Source: an uncultured Methylomirabilota bacterium (GTDB taxonomy: Bacteria > Methylomirabilota > Methylomirabilia > Methylomirabilales > 2-02-FULL-66-22). Taken from it: a DNA stretch of 64,000 bases. How positions within the stretch are numbered: position 1 is the first letter of the stretch; each line of letters begins with the position of its first letter. The stretch is from contig OY970067.1 in assembly GCA_963705305.1 (NCBI GenBank), forward strand, positions 4,768,001 to 4,832,000, in the 5' to 3' direction. This document shows, in pieces, positions 1 to 9,149 of this stretch. The notes beneath the pieces are model-generated. The model saw only the letters and a list, made by a program, of their open reading frames with translations, made no database searches and was not told the origin of the DNA. The position numbers and the translations under genes were made by a program.

Positions 1-466
1 CGGGGATGAAGGTTGGGCCCAGGTTGATCCAGACGGTGTAGATCGCGTACACCCGGGCACGAGCCTCTGGCGGGCTCAGGTCGGCCACCACCGCGCCCAG
101 GCCGGAGTCGATGCAGGAAGTCCCCATCCCCTGCAGGACACGCCAGAGGAAGAATATCACGCCGAAGCGCGGGAACGCGAAGAGGGACAGGGTACCCAAC
201 AGTGCCAGGAGCGCGCCCGCCCCGGTCACCCAGCGCCGACCGACGCGGTCCAGGAGTCGGCCCCCCACCGGGCGGGCCACCAGGGAGCCCGCCCGGAGCA
301 GACCCATCACGAGGCCGATCTGCGCGGGCGAGCCGCCGAGTTGCAGGAGGTAGACGGGGAAAAGCAGGAAGAGCGCGCTCGATGAGTTGAACAGGAAGGT
401 CGCGGCATTCGTCAGCCGGAACGCCGCATGAAAGCGATGGGGCCCGGACGGCTTCACCACAGCCAT
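1..466 (-). CDS. MFS transporter (N-terminal part; runs off the window start)
   Basis: Not in the ORF track. My translation from ATG 466 is MAVVKPSGPHRFHAAFRLTNAATFLFNSSSALFLLFPVYLLQLGGSPAQIGLVMG...GGRLLDRVGRRWV, containing MFS motif A (GxLxDRxGRR). Confidence 0.85.
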   Translation of the reverse strand, partial: MAVVKPSGPHRFHAAFRLTNAATFLFNSSSALFLLFPVYLLQLGGSPAQIGLVMGLLRAGSLVARPVGGRLLDRVGRRWVTGAGALLALLGTLSLFAFPRFGVIFFLWRVLQGMGTSCIDSGLGAVVADLSPPEARARVYAIYTVWINLGPTFIP

Positions 467-794
467 GGCCCCCCCGCTAGGATTTGCCAAGCTGAATCGG
501 GCCTGGGTCTCTCTCCAGCGCATCCGGGTTCAGGGCGATGGAGACTCCGGCCGCGATACTTCCTCACTTCCCCTCCCTCACCCAGGGCCACAAGATGTTT
601 CATTGACTCGCTCTATCCACGGAACCGGTAGATCAGGCCGCTGCTCGCGCTGTGCTGTTCCTGGATGGTGGACGAACCGCCTATCCTGTTGCGAAGTCCT
701 GGGCTCGGCCGAAAGGATTCCGGGAAGGCGAGAACGGATGGGATCTTGCTGACCTCCGCCCCGTCCCCCCGCCGAACAGCTCCCCTGGTCTGGG

Positions 795-1619
795 TCACAT
801 GAGCGGGCCCGGGTAGACCCGCGGGATCTCCACAGCCTCGCAGGAGACGGCCGTGACCCCCGGGACGCGCTGGGCCATGGCGGCGGCGGGCTCGAGCTCG
901 GCTTGGCTAAACACCACGGCTTGCAGCACCACGTGGCCCGTCTTCGCGGTGACCTCGATGTTGAGGTTTTGGGTCTCCGGATCCGTGGCGAGGGCGGCAC
1001 GCACCTGGGCTGCCAGGCTGAGGTCACGAATCCGCTGCAGCGAGTCAGGCGTGGGCTGATACCGGGGGTGGCGGGCCGCCGCCACCAGGAAGTCGGCGTA
1101 GAAGGCCCAGGCATCGTCTTGGGTGTTGAGCACCAGGTCGTAGTTCTCGGGCCGGGTCCAGTCCACCCCGAACAGGTAGTCGATGCGCCCGGCCATCTCC
1201 CGGTCGTAGGCGCGGACCTTGGCCAGGGCGGCCTTATGGTCCAAGCCCTCCTGCCCCATGACCCGGCGCACGCGTACCTCGACGGGGGCCATGATCCGCA
1301 CCTTGAGGGCGTGCTGGATGCCCCGGACAAAGAAGGGACCGCTGCGGCTGGCCGTGACCAGGTTCCCCCGCTCGGCGAAGGTGTAGTAGGCCGCCTCCAG
1401 GAAGGTGAGATAGCGGCGCCGCTCGGCATCGAAGCGTTCCCACAGGGACGGGCGGCGCGCCACCACATCGACGAGCGTCGCCTCCGGCACCCCATGGGCG
1501 TGCGCGGCCTCCAGGAGGATCTGCCGATCCACGTACTCGAAGTGCAGGGCCTTCGCCACGGCGGCCCCGATCTCGTAGCCCCCGCTCCCCATTTCCCGGG
1601 AAATCGCCACGATCGTCAT
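795..1619 (-). CDS. Cytidylate kinase-like family protein with C-terminal BON domain
   Basis: MTIVAISREMGSGG P-loop variant, YDLVLNT motif, BON-like tail (QVRAALATDP...IEVTAKTGHVVL). RBS AAGGAGG precedes ATG 1619. Confidence 0.85.
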   Translation of the reverse strand: MTIVAISREMGSGGYEIGAAVAKALHFEYVDRQILLEAAHAHGVPEATLVDVVARRPSLWERFDAERRRYLTFLEAAYYTFAERGNLVTASRSGPFFVRGIQHALKVRIMAPVEVRVRRVMGQEGLDHKAALAKVRAYDREMAGRIDYLFGVDWTRPENYDLVLNTQDDAWAFYADFLVAAARHPRYQPTPDSLQRIRDLSLAAQVRAALATDPETQNLNIEVTAKTGHVVLQAVVFSQAELEPAAAMAQRVPGVTAVSCEAVEIPRVYPGPLM

Positions 1620-1833
1620 GGCTCGCCCTCCTTGCGCCTTTCGGACGCGGCTACGGCTGCCCGGCGGGGCGGCGTCCGGCTGGGGCGTCTCTCGGCACCG
1701 CCATCTCTCCCCGGCGTCCCTGTGAAGGATCGCACCCTTCGGCGGGGAGCCGATGCGCGCCCTCGTCGTGAGCGCCTCCCCCTTGGGAAATGACTCCGTC
1801 TCGCCGCCAGCGTCCGGCGCTTTGCCTCCTTGG

Positions 1834-1862
1834 ATCGTACCGCACTCATGGCTATCGCTCAA
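1834..1862 (-). promoter_or_regulatory. sigma70-like promoter for the cytidylate kinase-like gene
   Basis: TTGAGC-17 nt-TACGAT on the minus strand. Confidence 0.5.
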
Positions 1863-2415
1863 GATGCGCGGTTGCTGGGACGGCGGACCCCGGCCCCTGC
1901 CCCCCCTGCTCGGCAGCGCGCCTGCGCCCCGGGCGTGACGTGCCTTGTGCTCAGACCGAGCGCCACAGGCCGGGAGGCTGAGGAGGGCCGCCCGGCCCCT
2001 TCTCCCCGATGGACGCGAGGGGCCCCGGAAATCCCGGGCCGGGGCTGGACCAGGCTGGTCGTCCCCTCCGGATTTCCGACGGCGAGGCCTGGCCGGGGCG
2101 GGCCCGGCGGGGCCAACTCGCACCCCTCCGGCTGTTCCGTTACGACTCCGGGGCCTCAGGCTGGCTCGCCCTGGCGGCTGAGGGGCGCCGAGAAGTGCTG
2201 GCAGGCGCGGGTCCCCCCTTTCCCCTGCGGGACGTCGCACGGCTGCGTTGGTCCCCGACACTCCAGCCCCGAAGCGATCACCCTCCGCGGTTCGTACGAA
2301 TCCCCGATCTGGAGGCCGACTCGCGCCGCCACGATCCACGTCAGGACCCACCCTGGGTGGCGATCGACCAGCGCCTCCCCCGCTTCCCTCCGGATATCGC
2401 ACTCCCCTCAAGCGC

Positions 2416-3663
2416 TCAGGCCACCGACGGCGGCTCGGCGACGGGATCAGGTGACGCGGCCCACCCCCGCCGTCCCAGCAGGCCGAGGCCCAGGACCGAG
2501 GCCAGGGCCAGCCCGCCCGCCAGGCCGTACGCCGCCGAGACCCCGACCCAGTCCGCGGTCGTGCCCACGAAGAGCGCCCCGAAGGGCGTGCTGCCGACAA
2601 ACACGAAGGCGTAGACGCTCATGATCCGGCCCCGCATCCGGTCCGGGACCACCAGCTGCAGCGTGGTGTTGCAGGCTGCCGTGAACACCATCTGGGCAAA
2701 CCCGACGCAGGTCAGGGCAAGCAGGGCGACCGAGAAGTGGCGGATTCCCGCGAGCAGCAGTGTGAAGCCCGCCGCGGCGCCGGCGGTCCCCAGGAGCAGG
2801 GCGAAGGGCGGGCGGCCCGTCAGCAGGGTCGCCAGGGCCAGCGCCCCGACGATGGCGCCCGTGCCCACGGCGGCCATGAGGAGGCCGAAGCCGTGGGCTC
2901 CCTGGTGGAGCACGTCCCGGGCCAGCAGGGGCACCAGGACGTTGTGGTTCATGACGAAGAGCGCGACGGTCAGCAGAAGGCTCAATGTCAGGGCCACGAG
3001 CGGGGTGTGGACCACATAGCGGAGGCCGGCGGTGATCTCCTCCCGGACGGTGGTGCCCTGTCGGGGGCCCGGCAAGCCGTCGGCCTCCATGGCCGCCAGG
3101 GCGAGGATCACGGCCACGAAACTCACGCCGTTGAGGCCGAAGGCCGGGGCGGTGCCATACCGGTCCACCACGAAGCCGGCGATGGCGGGGCCCACCATCC
3201 GGGCGCCGTTAAACATGGCCGAATTCATGGCGATGGCGTTCGGGAGGTCCTCCTTGCTCGCCATCTCCACGACGAACGCCTGCCGCGTGGGCATGTCGAG
3301 GGTATTTGCCAGGCCATAGCAGGTCGCCAGGATGGCGACGTGCCAGTACTGGACGACGCCCGCCCACACGAGGGCGGCCAGGACAAACGCCTGGCCCATG
3401 AGGGCGGTCTGCGTGCCGATGATGACGCGGCGCTTGGGCAACCGGTCGGCGATGGCCCCGGCCACGAAGGCGAAGCAGAGCATGGGTGCCGTCTGGAGCG
3501 CGCTGATGAGCCCCAGCTTGAAGGGCGAGTTGGTCAGCTCGAGGACCAGCCACGCCTGCGCCACGCTCTGCATCCAGGTGCCGATGAGCGAGATGAGCTG
3601 GCCGGCGAAGAAGAGGCGGTAGTCCCGATGGTTGAGGGCACGCAGCCCGGTTGGGAATCGCAT
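2416..3663 (-). CDS. MFS transporter (MFS_3/DUF894-like)
   Basis: RALNHRDYRLFFAGQLISLIGTWMQ start, GAIADRLPKRR motif, many hydrophobic segments. Confidence 0.9.
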   Translation of the reverse strand: MRFPTGLRALNHRDYRLFFAGQLISLIGTWMQSVAQAWLVLELTNSPFKLGLISALQTAPMLCFAFVAGAIADRLPKRRVIIGTQTALMGQAFVLAALVWAGVVQYWHVAILATCYGLANTLDMPTRQAFVVEMASKEDLPNAIAMNSAMFNGARMVGPAIAGFVVDRYGTAPAFGLNGVSFVAVILALAAMEADGLPGPRQGTTVREEITAGLRYVVHTPLVALTLSLLLTVALFVMNHNVLVPLLARDVLHQGAHGFGLLMAAVGTGAIVGALALATLLTGRPPFALLLGTAGAAAGFTLLLAGIRHFSVALLALTCVGFAQMVFTAACNTTLQLVVPDRMRGRIMSVYAFVFVGSTPFGALFVGTTADWVGVSAAYGLAGGLALASVLGLGLLGRRGWAASPDPVAEPPSVA

Positions 3664-3915
3664 GGATCGATCTGCCACGACTCGCGCGGGCACCGCCATT
3701 CGCAGGTGGGTCTGGACCGGTTCACGCTGCTGCCTTCGCGCGGCCGGCGGCGCGGGGCCGCGGAACGCAGGCGGGAGCCTACGCCCCGCGGGCCGGGCGT
3801 GTCAACGGGAAACGCGGGGCTGGCTGACCCCGGTGTGGAGGTCGCGCCACTTGGACGAGGGCGGCAGGGCGCCCTGCGCCGCCCGGCCCCTCTTGACGCC
3901 GGTGCGCTTCCCGGG

Positions 3916-4338
3916 TCAGCCCCCCTTCCTCCACTTCTTCGGCGTGTGCTCCCGCTCGCGCGCCGCGCTCCCGCGGACCGAGTCGAGGACGGTCAGGAGG
4001 GTTTCGAGGCGGACCGGCTTCAGGAGGCAGGCCGCGGCACCCGACTGGTAGGCAAAGCGGCTCAGCGCAGTATTCTCCGCCCCCACCAGGAAGACCACCG
4101 GCATCGGTGCGGTGAGCGGGTTCGCCTTGAGCTGCCGGAACACCTCGTAGCCGTCGAGATCGGGGAGGCGGACGTCCAGCAGGATGACAGCCGGCCGGAG
4201 GGTGGCCGCCAGGTCGAGCGTCTCCGTCCCGCTGGCGGCCTCGAGGATCCTATACCCCGCCCGCTCGAGCATTGCCCGCCCGAGGGCCCGGAAGTCCGCG
4301 TCGGGGTCCACGAGGAGCACGCACGTCGTTCGCGCCAT
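3916..4338 (-). CDS. Single-domain response regulator (atypical receiver)
   Basis: VLLVDPD...PAVILLDVRLPDLDGYEV...LLKP. The conserved Thr/Ser is replaced by Val (VFLVG). Confidence 0.85.
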   Translation of the reverse strand: MARTTCVLLVDPDADFRALGRAMLERAGYRILEAASGTETLDLAATLRPAVILLDVRLPDLDGYEVFRQLKANPLTAPMPVVFLVGAENTALSRFAYQSGAAACLLKPVRLETLLTVLDSVRGSAAREREHTPKKWRKGG

Positions 4339-4362
4339 GGTCGGTCCTCGCCTCGGTCGGGG

Positions 4363-4662
4363 CTAGGGGCCCGGCCGCTTCACGAGCCAGTATGCCATGC
4401 TCCCCAGCCCCGCCAGGCCGCCCAGCCCGAAGAGGGCCTTGTCGACCTCCCGGAGCGGATGCCAGACCCGCTCGGCCCCGGGGATGCTCAGGAAGATCGC
4501 CAGGGCCCAGAGGAGGAGGCACCGCAGGGTGACCCCCTCCCAGTCAGGCCGCTGCCGCCGGATACAGCCCCAGAGGAGCTCCAGGCCGATCCAGGCCAGC
4601 AGGGCGAGCGGGAAGGTGCCCAGGAGGGTGGCGCGGAGCGCCGCGAGGTATGGAGCGAGCAT
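4363..4662 (-). CDS. Small hypothetical membrane protein
   Basis: 99 aa with about three hydrophobic segments, co-directional between two receiver genes. Confidence 0.55.
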   Translation of the reverse strand: MLAPYLAALRATLLGTFPLALLAWIGLELLWGCIRRQRPDWEGVTLRCLLLWALAIFLSIPGAERVWHPLREVDKALFGLGGLAGLGSMAYWLVKRPGP

Positions 4663-4666
4663 GGGG

Positions 4667-4894
4667 TCAGTGCCTCTCCCCGGAGGCGGGGGGCCTTGCC
4701 TCCCGCCCCAAGACCTGCTCGACCGCCCGGACAACCTGCTCCGGGTCGAAGGGCTTCCGGAGGCACAGGGTGGCCCCCGCGGCGGCGGCCTTCCTCTCCA
4801 GGTCCAGGTCATTCATCGCCGTCAGAAGGATGATCGGGGTATGCTCGGAGGCCGGGTCGGCGCGCAGCCGCCGGCAGACCTCGAAGCCATCCAT
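4667..4894 (-). pseudogene. C-terminal half of a receiver domain
   Basis: MDGFEVCRRLRADPASEHTPIILLTA...LRKPFDP is present. I found no acidic pocket or phospho-Asp segment upstream. Confidence 0.6.
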
Positions 4895-5392
4895 CCGTTC
4901 ATCGGGCCGCCGCCCCCCGCTCCCGTCCAGCCCCGAGGCGCCGCGGCTCTCCTGTGTGGGGCCGCCCCCCCGGACCGCCAATTGATCAAAAGTCCTCTTT
5001 CTGTGCCAATGATGCACCATGCCTCTATCGAGCTTGCTGCATCCCGGCGTGCCATCAGACGATACGCCCGTGGGCAAGGCAGACCCGGCCCAGGTAGGCG
5101 GAATCGGGGGGACCCGTGGTGGCCGCTATCATGGCAAGTACGCGCCACGTCCCGGAGGGCAAGGGGCCGCTCCGTAATGGCCTCGGCTGGGTCCCTCATC
5201 CGCCGCCCCTTCCGGAGCCATCAGTGTCTCAGGGAGGTTGACGAGTTCCGCATCGGCGCGTAGACTTCCCTCCAGTCGGCAGGGCTGAATACAAGGATGC
5301 TCGCCCTGACAGTCGGAAGTGTGGCCGGAGTTCCAACGATCCGCCACGTGTCGAGTTGTTTTTCGGCCGGACACAACTGATCTCATGGCACC

Positions 5393-6205
5393 ATGACGGT
5401 TCCCTTCGACCCCCACCGCTTCCAATCCACGGTCCCGTACTACCTGCGGTATCGCGTTCCGTACCCGAACCGGCTCATCGCCCTCGTCGCCGACCGGCTC
5501 GGGCTTGAATCCGCGAGTCCCGTGCTCGATCTGGGCTGTGGGCCGGGTCAGCTTGCCATCGCGTTCGCGCGCCTCGGGGCGACCGTCACCGCACTCGATC
5601 CCGAGCCGAGGATGCTCGCGGCCGCCCGCGAGCGCGCCGCAGCGGCGGGGGTCTCCGTGAAGACGATCGAGGGCAGTTCCTACGACCTCACTCTGACGCT
5701 CGGCCGCTTCCGGCTCGCGACCCTGGGTCGTTCGTTCCACTGGATGGATCGCGACGCCACGCTCGCGGTCCTCGATCACCTGATCGAGCCTGGCGGGGGC
5801 ATTGCCCTGTTCGGTGACAAGCCCATTGCGACCCACGGCGCGGATTGGCGGGCCCTCGTCGAGCGGCTCCGCGAAGACTTCGTGCCCGCGGTCGCCGCCG
5901 AGCGCCGGGAGCGGAAGCAATTGGAAGAGCCGCAGGAGGTGGTGCTGCTGCGCTCCGCGTTCTCCTCGCTCGAACGTCACGGCGTGATCGTCACGCGCCG
6001 GCTGGACGCGGACGCGATCGTCGGCCGCGCCTATTCGTCTTCCACCACGTCCCCCGATACCCTCGGCGAGCGGCGCCCCGCCTTCGAGCGAGCGCTGCGG
6101 GCAGGGTTGGCGCGCCTCTCCCCGGCTGGCGAATTCAGCGAAATCGTCGAGGTCAGCGCGCTCATCGCCAAACGTTTTGCCATCGAGGGCAATGGCCTCG
6201 GGTAA
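5393..6205 (+). CDS. Class I SAM-dependent methyltransferase
   Basis: VLDLGCGPG motif I, ALDPEPRML, SFHWMD. Confidence 0.9.
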   Translation: MTVPFDPHRFQSTVPYYLRYRVPYPNRLIALVADRLGLESASPVLDLGCGPGQLAIAFARLGATVTALDPEPRMLAAARERAAAAGVSVKTIEGSSYDLTLTLGRFRLATLGRSFHWMDRDATLAVLDHLIEPGGGIALFGDKPIATHGADWRALVERLREDFVPAVAAERRERKQLEEPQEVVLLRSAFSSLERHGVIVTRRLDADAIVGRAYSSSTTSPDTLGERRPAFERALRAGLARLSPAGEFSEIVEVSALIAKRFAIEGNGLG

Positions 6206-6392
6206 CTCCACTTGCCGGGACCACGATCTGGTACGTGCGCTATGACCCAACCCCCAAAAACTGGTCCAGTTCAAGGTTGAGTTTTCGACTTGCGCTCGCG
6301 GGCGCCCTGCAGCATGCCTGGCGCTTCCGAGCGGAGGGCACGATCGCTCAGCTGCCCCCGCTAAGCTGGAGAGCAAGGGCCGGCCTTTCTCC

Positions 6393-6437
6393 TTGACATC
6401 CGCATCCGGTGAGTCGGATACTCTGTAACCGGTTCCG
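6393..6437 (+). promoter_or_regulatory. sigma70-like promoter with a LacI-family-like operator
   Basis: TTGACA-18 nt-GATACT, followed by TGTAACCGGTTCCG (AACCGGTT palindrome). Confidence 0.5.
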
Positions 6438-6553
6438 TGCGGAAGGGTTGGGTCCCGCCGGTGTTGTCCCCGCCGCCGCCCGCCTGATCGTTGCGCAACC
6501 ACCACGAGTCGATTCTTCTGAGCGGGGATCATTTCACAAGAAAAGGGGTTCGC

Positions 6554-7906
6554 ATGAACACAGGGCCTCGACGAACTGGGAACGGGTTGGATCGGCAGGT
6601 CAGCCGGCGCACAGTCCTCAAGGCAGGAGCCGCCGCCGGGCTCGGGCTGACGGCGCTGGCCGGCCTCCCCACGAGGGGAGTCTCGGCAGCGCCGGCGGTC
6701 ATCAAGGGGACCAGCCTCTCCATCCTCCAGGGGACGTACTTCATCGGAGCCGCGCAGAGTCTGTACCGGACCCAGGCACAAGCATGGGGGAAGGCCAACG
6801 GGGTCAGCGTGAGCACCGACTTCCTGAACTGGCCGGACCTCCAGCCCAAGATCGCGGCGGCCGTCCAGGCTGGGGGCGTGGACATCGTGGAGTTGTGGCC
6901 GTCCTGGAACTGGCTCTACCGGGACAGCCTGGTGGATCTCACCGACATGGCGGAGGCGATCGGGAAGCGGAACGGGGGCTACGAACCCTACGTCCTGAAC
7001 TCGGCCCGGGTGAACGGCCGGTACCTGGGGATCCCCGATGGCCAGTCCAATGATTCCATCAACTACCGCATCAGCTGGTTCAAGGAGGCCGGGGTCGAGC
7101 ATGCGGAGGACGGGCGGAAGCTCGACATGACGTGGGACCAGTACCACGCGGTGGCCAAGAAGTGCAAGGCGGCCGGCCACCCGTTCGGCCAGGCGTTTGG
7201 GCACAGCACCAGTGACCCGCCGAATTTCTGCTACGCCTACATGTGGGCCCACGGGGCCATGGAAGTGGCCAAGGACGGCAAGACGGTCCGGTTCAACCAG
7301 CCGGAGTTCATGGAGGGGATGCGGCAACTCATCCAGGCGTGGAAGGACGGCTACGACGAGACCGGCACCTCCTGGGACGACAGCAGCAACAACCGGGCGT
7401 TTTTGGCGGGGCAGATCGCGAGCACCCTGAACGGCTCCAGCATCTACTTTGTGGCCAAGAAGGAGCAGCCCGCCATTGCCCAGGACATGAATCACATGCT
7501 GATCCCCAAGGGGCCGGCCGGCCGCTTCTACTGGCTGGGCACCCGGACCTTCGGCATCCTGAAGACCTCCAAGAACGTCCCGGCGGCGAAGGAGTTCTTG
7601 AACTGGTGGTTCGCGGACAAGCAGTTCGGGGAGTGGTTCCACCTCCAGGAAGGCTACCAGTTGCAGGCGACCGTCAAGTACGCGAAGGACCCCATGTGGG
7701 AGAAGGACCCCAAGATGACGGTCTTCCGGGAGCAGCCGAAGTACGGCCGGGACCTGGGCTATGCGGGCCCCCCGAACGACAAGGCGGCGCTCGTCTACTC
7801 CAGGTACGTCATCGTGGACACCTATGCCAAGGCGGTCCTGTCGGGCGATGCCAAGGCGGCGATCGAGGCGGGGGCCGAGCAGCTCAAGCGGATCTACGGA
7901 GGATAG
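6554..7906 (+). CDS. ABC carbohydrate-type solute-binding protein, Tat-exported
   Basis: VSRRTVLK twin-arginine signal, WDDSSNNRAFLAGQI...NGSSIY segment typical of this SBP family. Confidence 0.88.
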   Translation: MNTGPRRTGNGLDRQVSRRTVLKAGAAAGLGLTALAGLPTRGVSAAPAVIKGTSLSILQGTYFIGAAQSLYRTQAQAWGKANGVSVSTDFLNWPDLQPKIAAAVQAGGVDIVELWPSWNWLYRDSLVDLTDMAEAIGKRNGGYEPYVLNSARVNGRYLGIPDGQSNDSINYRISWFKEAGVEHAEDGRKLDMTWDQYHAVAKKCKAAGHPFGQAFGHSTSDPPNFCYAYMWAHGAMEVAKDGKTVRFNQPEFMEGMRQLIQAWKDGYDETGTSWDDSSNNRAFLAGQIASTLNGSSIYFVAKKEQPAIAQDMNHMLIPKGPAGRFYWLGTRTFGILKTSKNVPAAKEFLNWWFADKQFGEWFHLQEGYQLQATVKYAKDPMWEKDPKMTVFREQPKYGRDLGYAGPPNDKAALVYSRYVIVDTYAKAVLSGDAKAAIEAGAEQLKRIYGG

Positions 7907-8374
7907 CGGATAGAGGCCAAATGCTTCTCGCGTGCAGACGGTGCCGTAGTGACGCGCGTTGATGGAAGGAGGCGGGCAGAACAGACGGCCGCGAAGAAGG
8001 CGAGGCCCTACCCGCTCTCTGGGACCTTTGTCGTGAAGTCATCCGATGCGTTGGCGGAGACTTGTGAGGCTCGATGGTACGGCCCGGGGGGTACCCCCGT
8101 GAGTACCTGACAATCGTCCACAGTCACTCCAGACCAGCCAACATGAAATGGAGGAACCCCTCGGTAGGACAGCCTCTTACCGAGGGGTTCTGTTTTGTCA
8201 TGGGGGGGGTATCCAGTTCAGCGATTCTGTTCGCTCGTAGGGAGAAGCCATCCGCGGCTGGTACCACTGGCCCGCCGTCTCGACTCCAGTCAGGCATTGC
8301 CGCCCCGATCAGAGCTAGAGTTAATCGCTGCTCAAAACCTCAGGGTGGACCAATCGGTGGGGGCAGGTCAGCCA

Positions 8375-8750
8375 TGGTCTTGCCCCCGGAAATTGGTCTA
8401 TTGGGAAAGGAGCAACAGTCCCAATTTCCGGAGGAGGCAGGGCCTGTCGAAGAAGCGCTTTCAGCCGGAAGAGATCATTGGGAAGCTCCGCCACGCCGAC
8501 GTCCTGCTCGGGCAGGGCAAGAAGGTCGCCGAGGTCGTCAAGGCCCCGGGGGTCAGTGACGTTACGGACTCCCGCTGGCACCAGGAGTTAGGCGGGATGT
8601 CCACCGCCCAGGCGAAGCGGCTCAAGGAGCTCGATCGAGAGAACCGGCAGCTTCGGATGATCGTCGCCGCCCGCCCTCCCGACGAGCCCATCCGCCCGGA
8701 GACCGCCACGGAAACCTGCTGCGCCCCTCCCGCCGTCGGGCCTGGGTGGC
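8375..8750 (+). mobile_element. IS3-family (IS407-group-like) relic: left end, degenerate orfA, first codons of orfB
   Basis: TGGTCTTGCCCCCGGAAATTGG left end. OrfA reads SKKRFQPEEIIGKLR...AKRLKELDREN with the start decayed to CTG 8444. An eroded GGAAAC frameshift site is followed by LLRPSRRRAWV. Confidence 0.8.
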
Positions 8751-8973
8751 CGCAGGCATGGGGCCCCGGGTCTACCTCATGATGCTGCTGCCGATGTGAG
8801 GGGCAGATGGACGGGTCGGTCCTGTCCGAGGCCATCCCGCCGCAGGTGGTCGAGCCGGTCAGGGCCTTCGAAGCCCAGTCCCTCGTGCTGGGGATCGCAT
8901 TCGCCCACGTGGTTCCGGGCCTGGACTTCTCAGCACTGGAGGGCCGAGCTTGTGGACAACGGGCGGGGGCCGC

Positions 8974-9002
8974 TTGACCGTTCCGGGGGTCGTTGATATG
9001 AT
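8974..9002 (+). promoter_or_regulatory. sigma70 promoter of the TRAP operon
   Basis: TTGACC-17 nt-TATGAT with an extended -10 TG. Confidence 0.7.
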
Positions 9003-9149
9003 CCCTCCGCGCAAAGGCTAATCACACGCCGACGGCCCGGCGACCGGTCTCAACCCAATCCCCCTCCCTAATGGGACCTGACCAGGACGGGGCGCACGTT
9101 CGGATGGTCGCCGATGGCAGGGAGGATAACCCGACAGGAGGTAACAGCC

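Noticed and set aside
1620..2600. N-terminal 327 aa of the 601-aa ORF 795..2600
   Set aside because: Low-complexity R/G/P sequence overlapping the MFS gene. The family motif and RBS start at 1619.
5129..7642. 837-aa minus-strand ORF and similar long ORFs (2737..4833, 33447..36191, 41977..43953, 48337..50958, 55583..57559)
   Set aside because: Antisense shadows of well-supported genes, expected from GC-rich codon bias; no family motifs.
9060..9125. TPP riboswitch suggested by GACCTGA...AGGGA
   Set aside because: The CTGAGA motif and the TAATGCCAGCG-type segment are absent.
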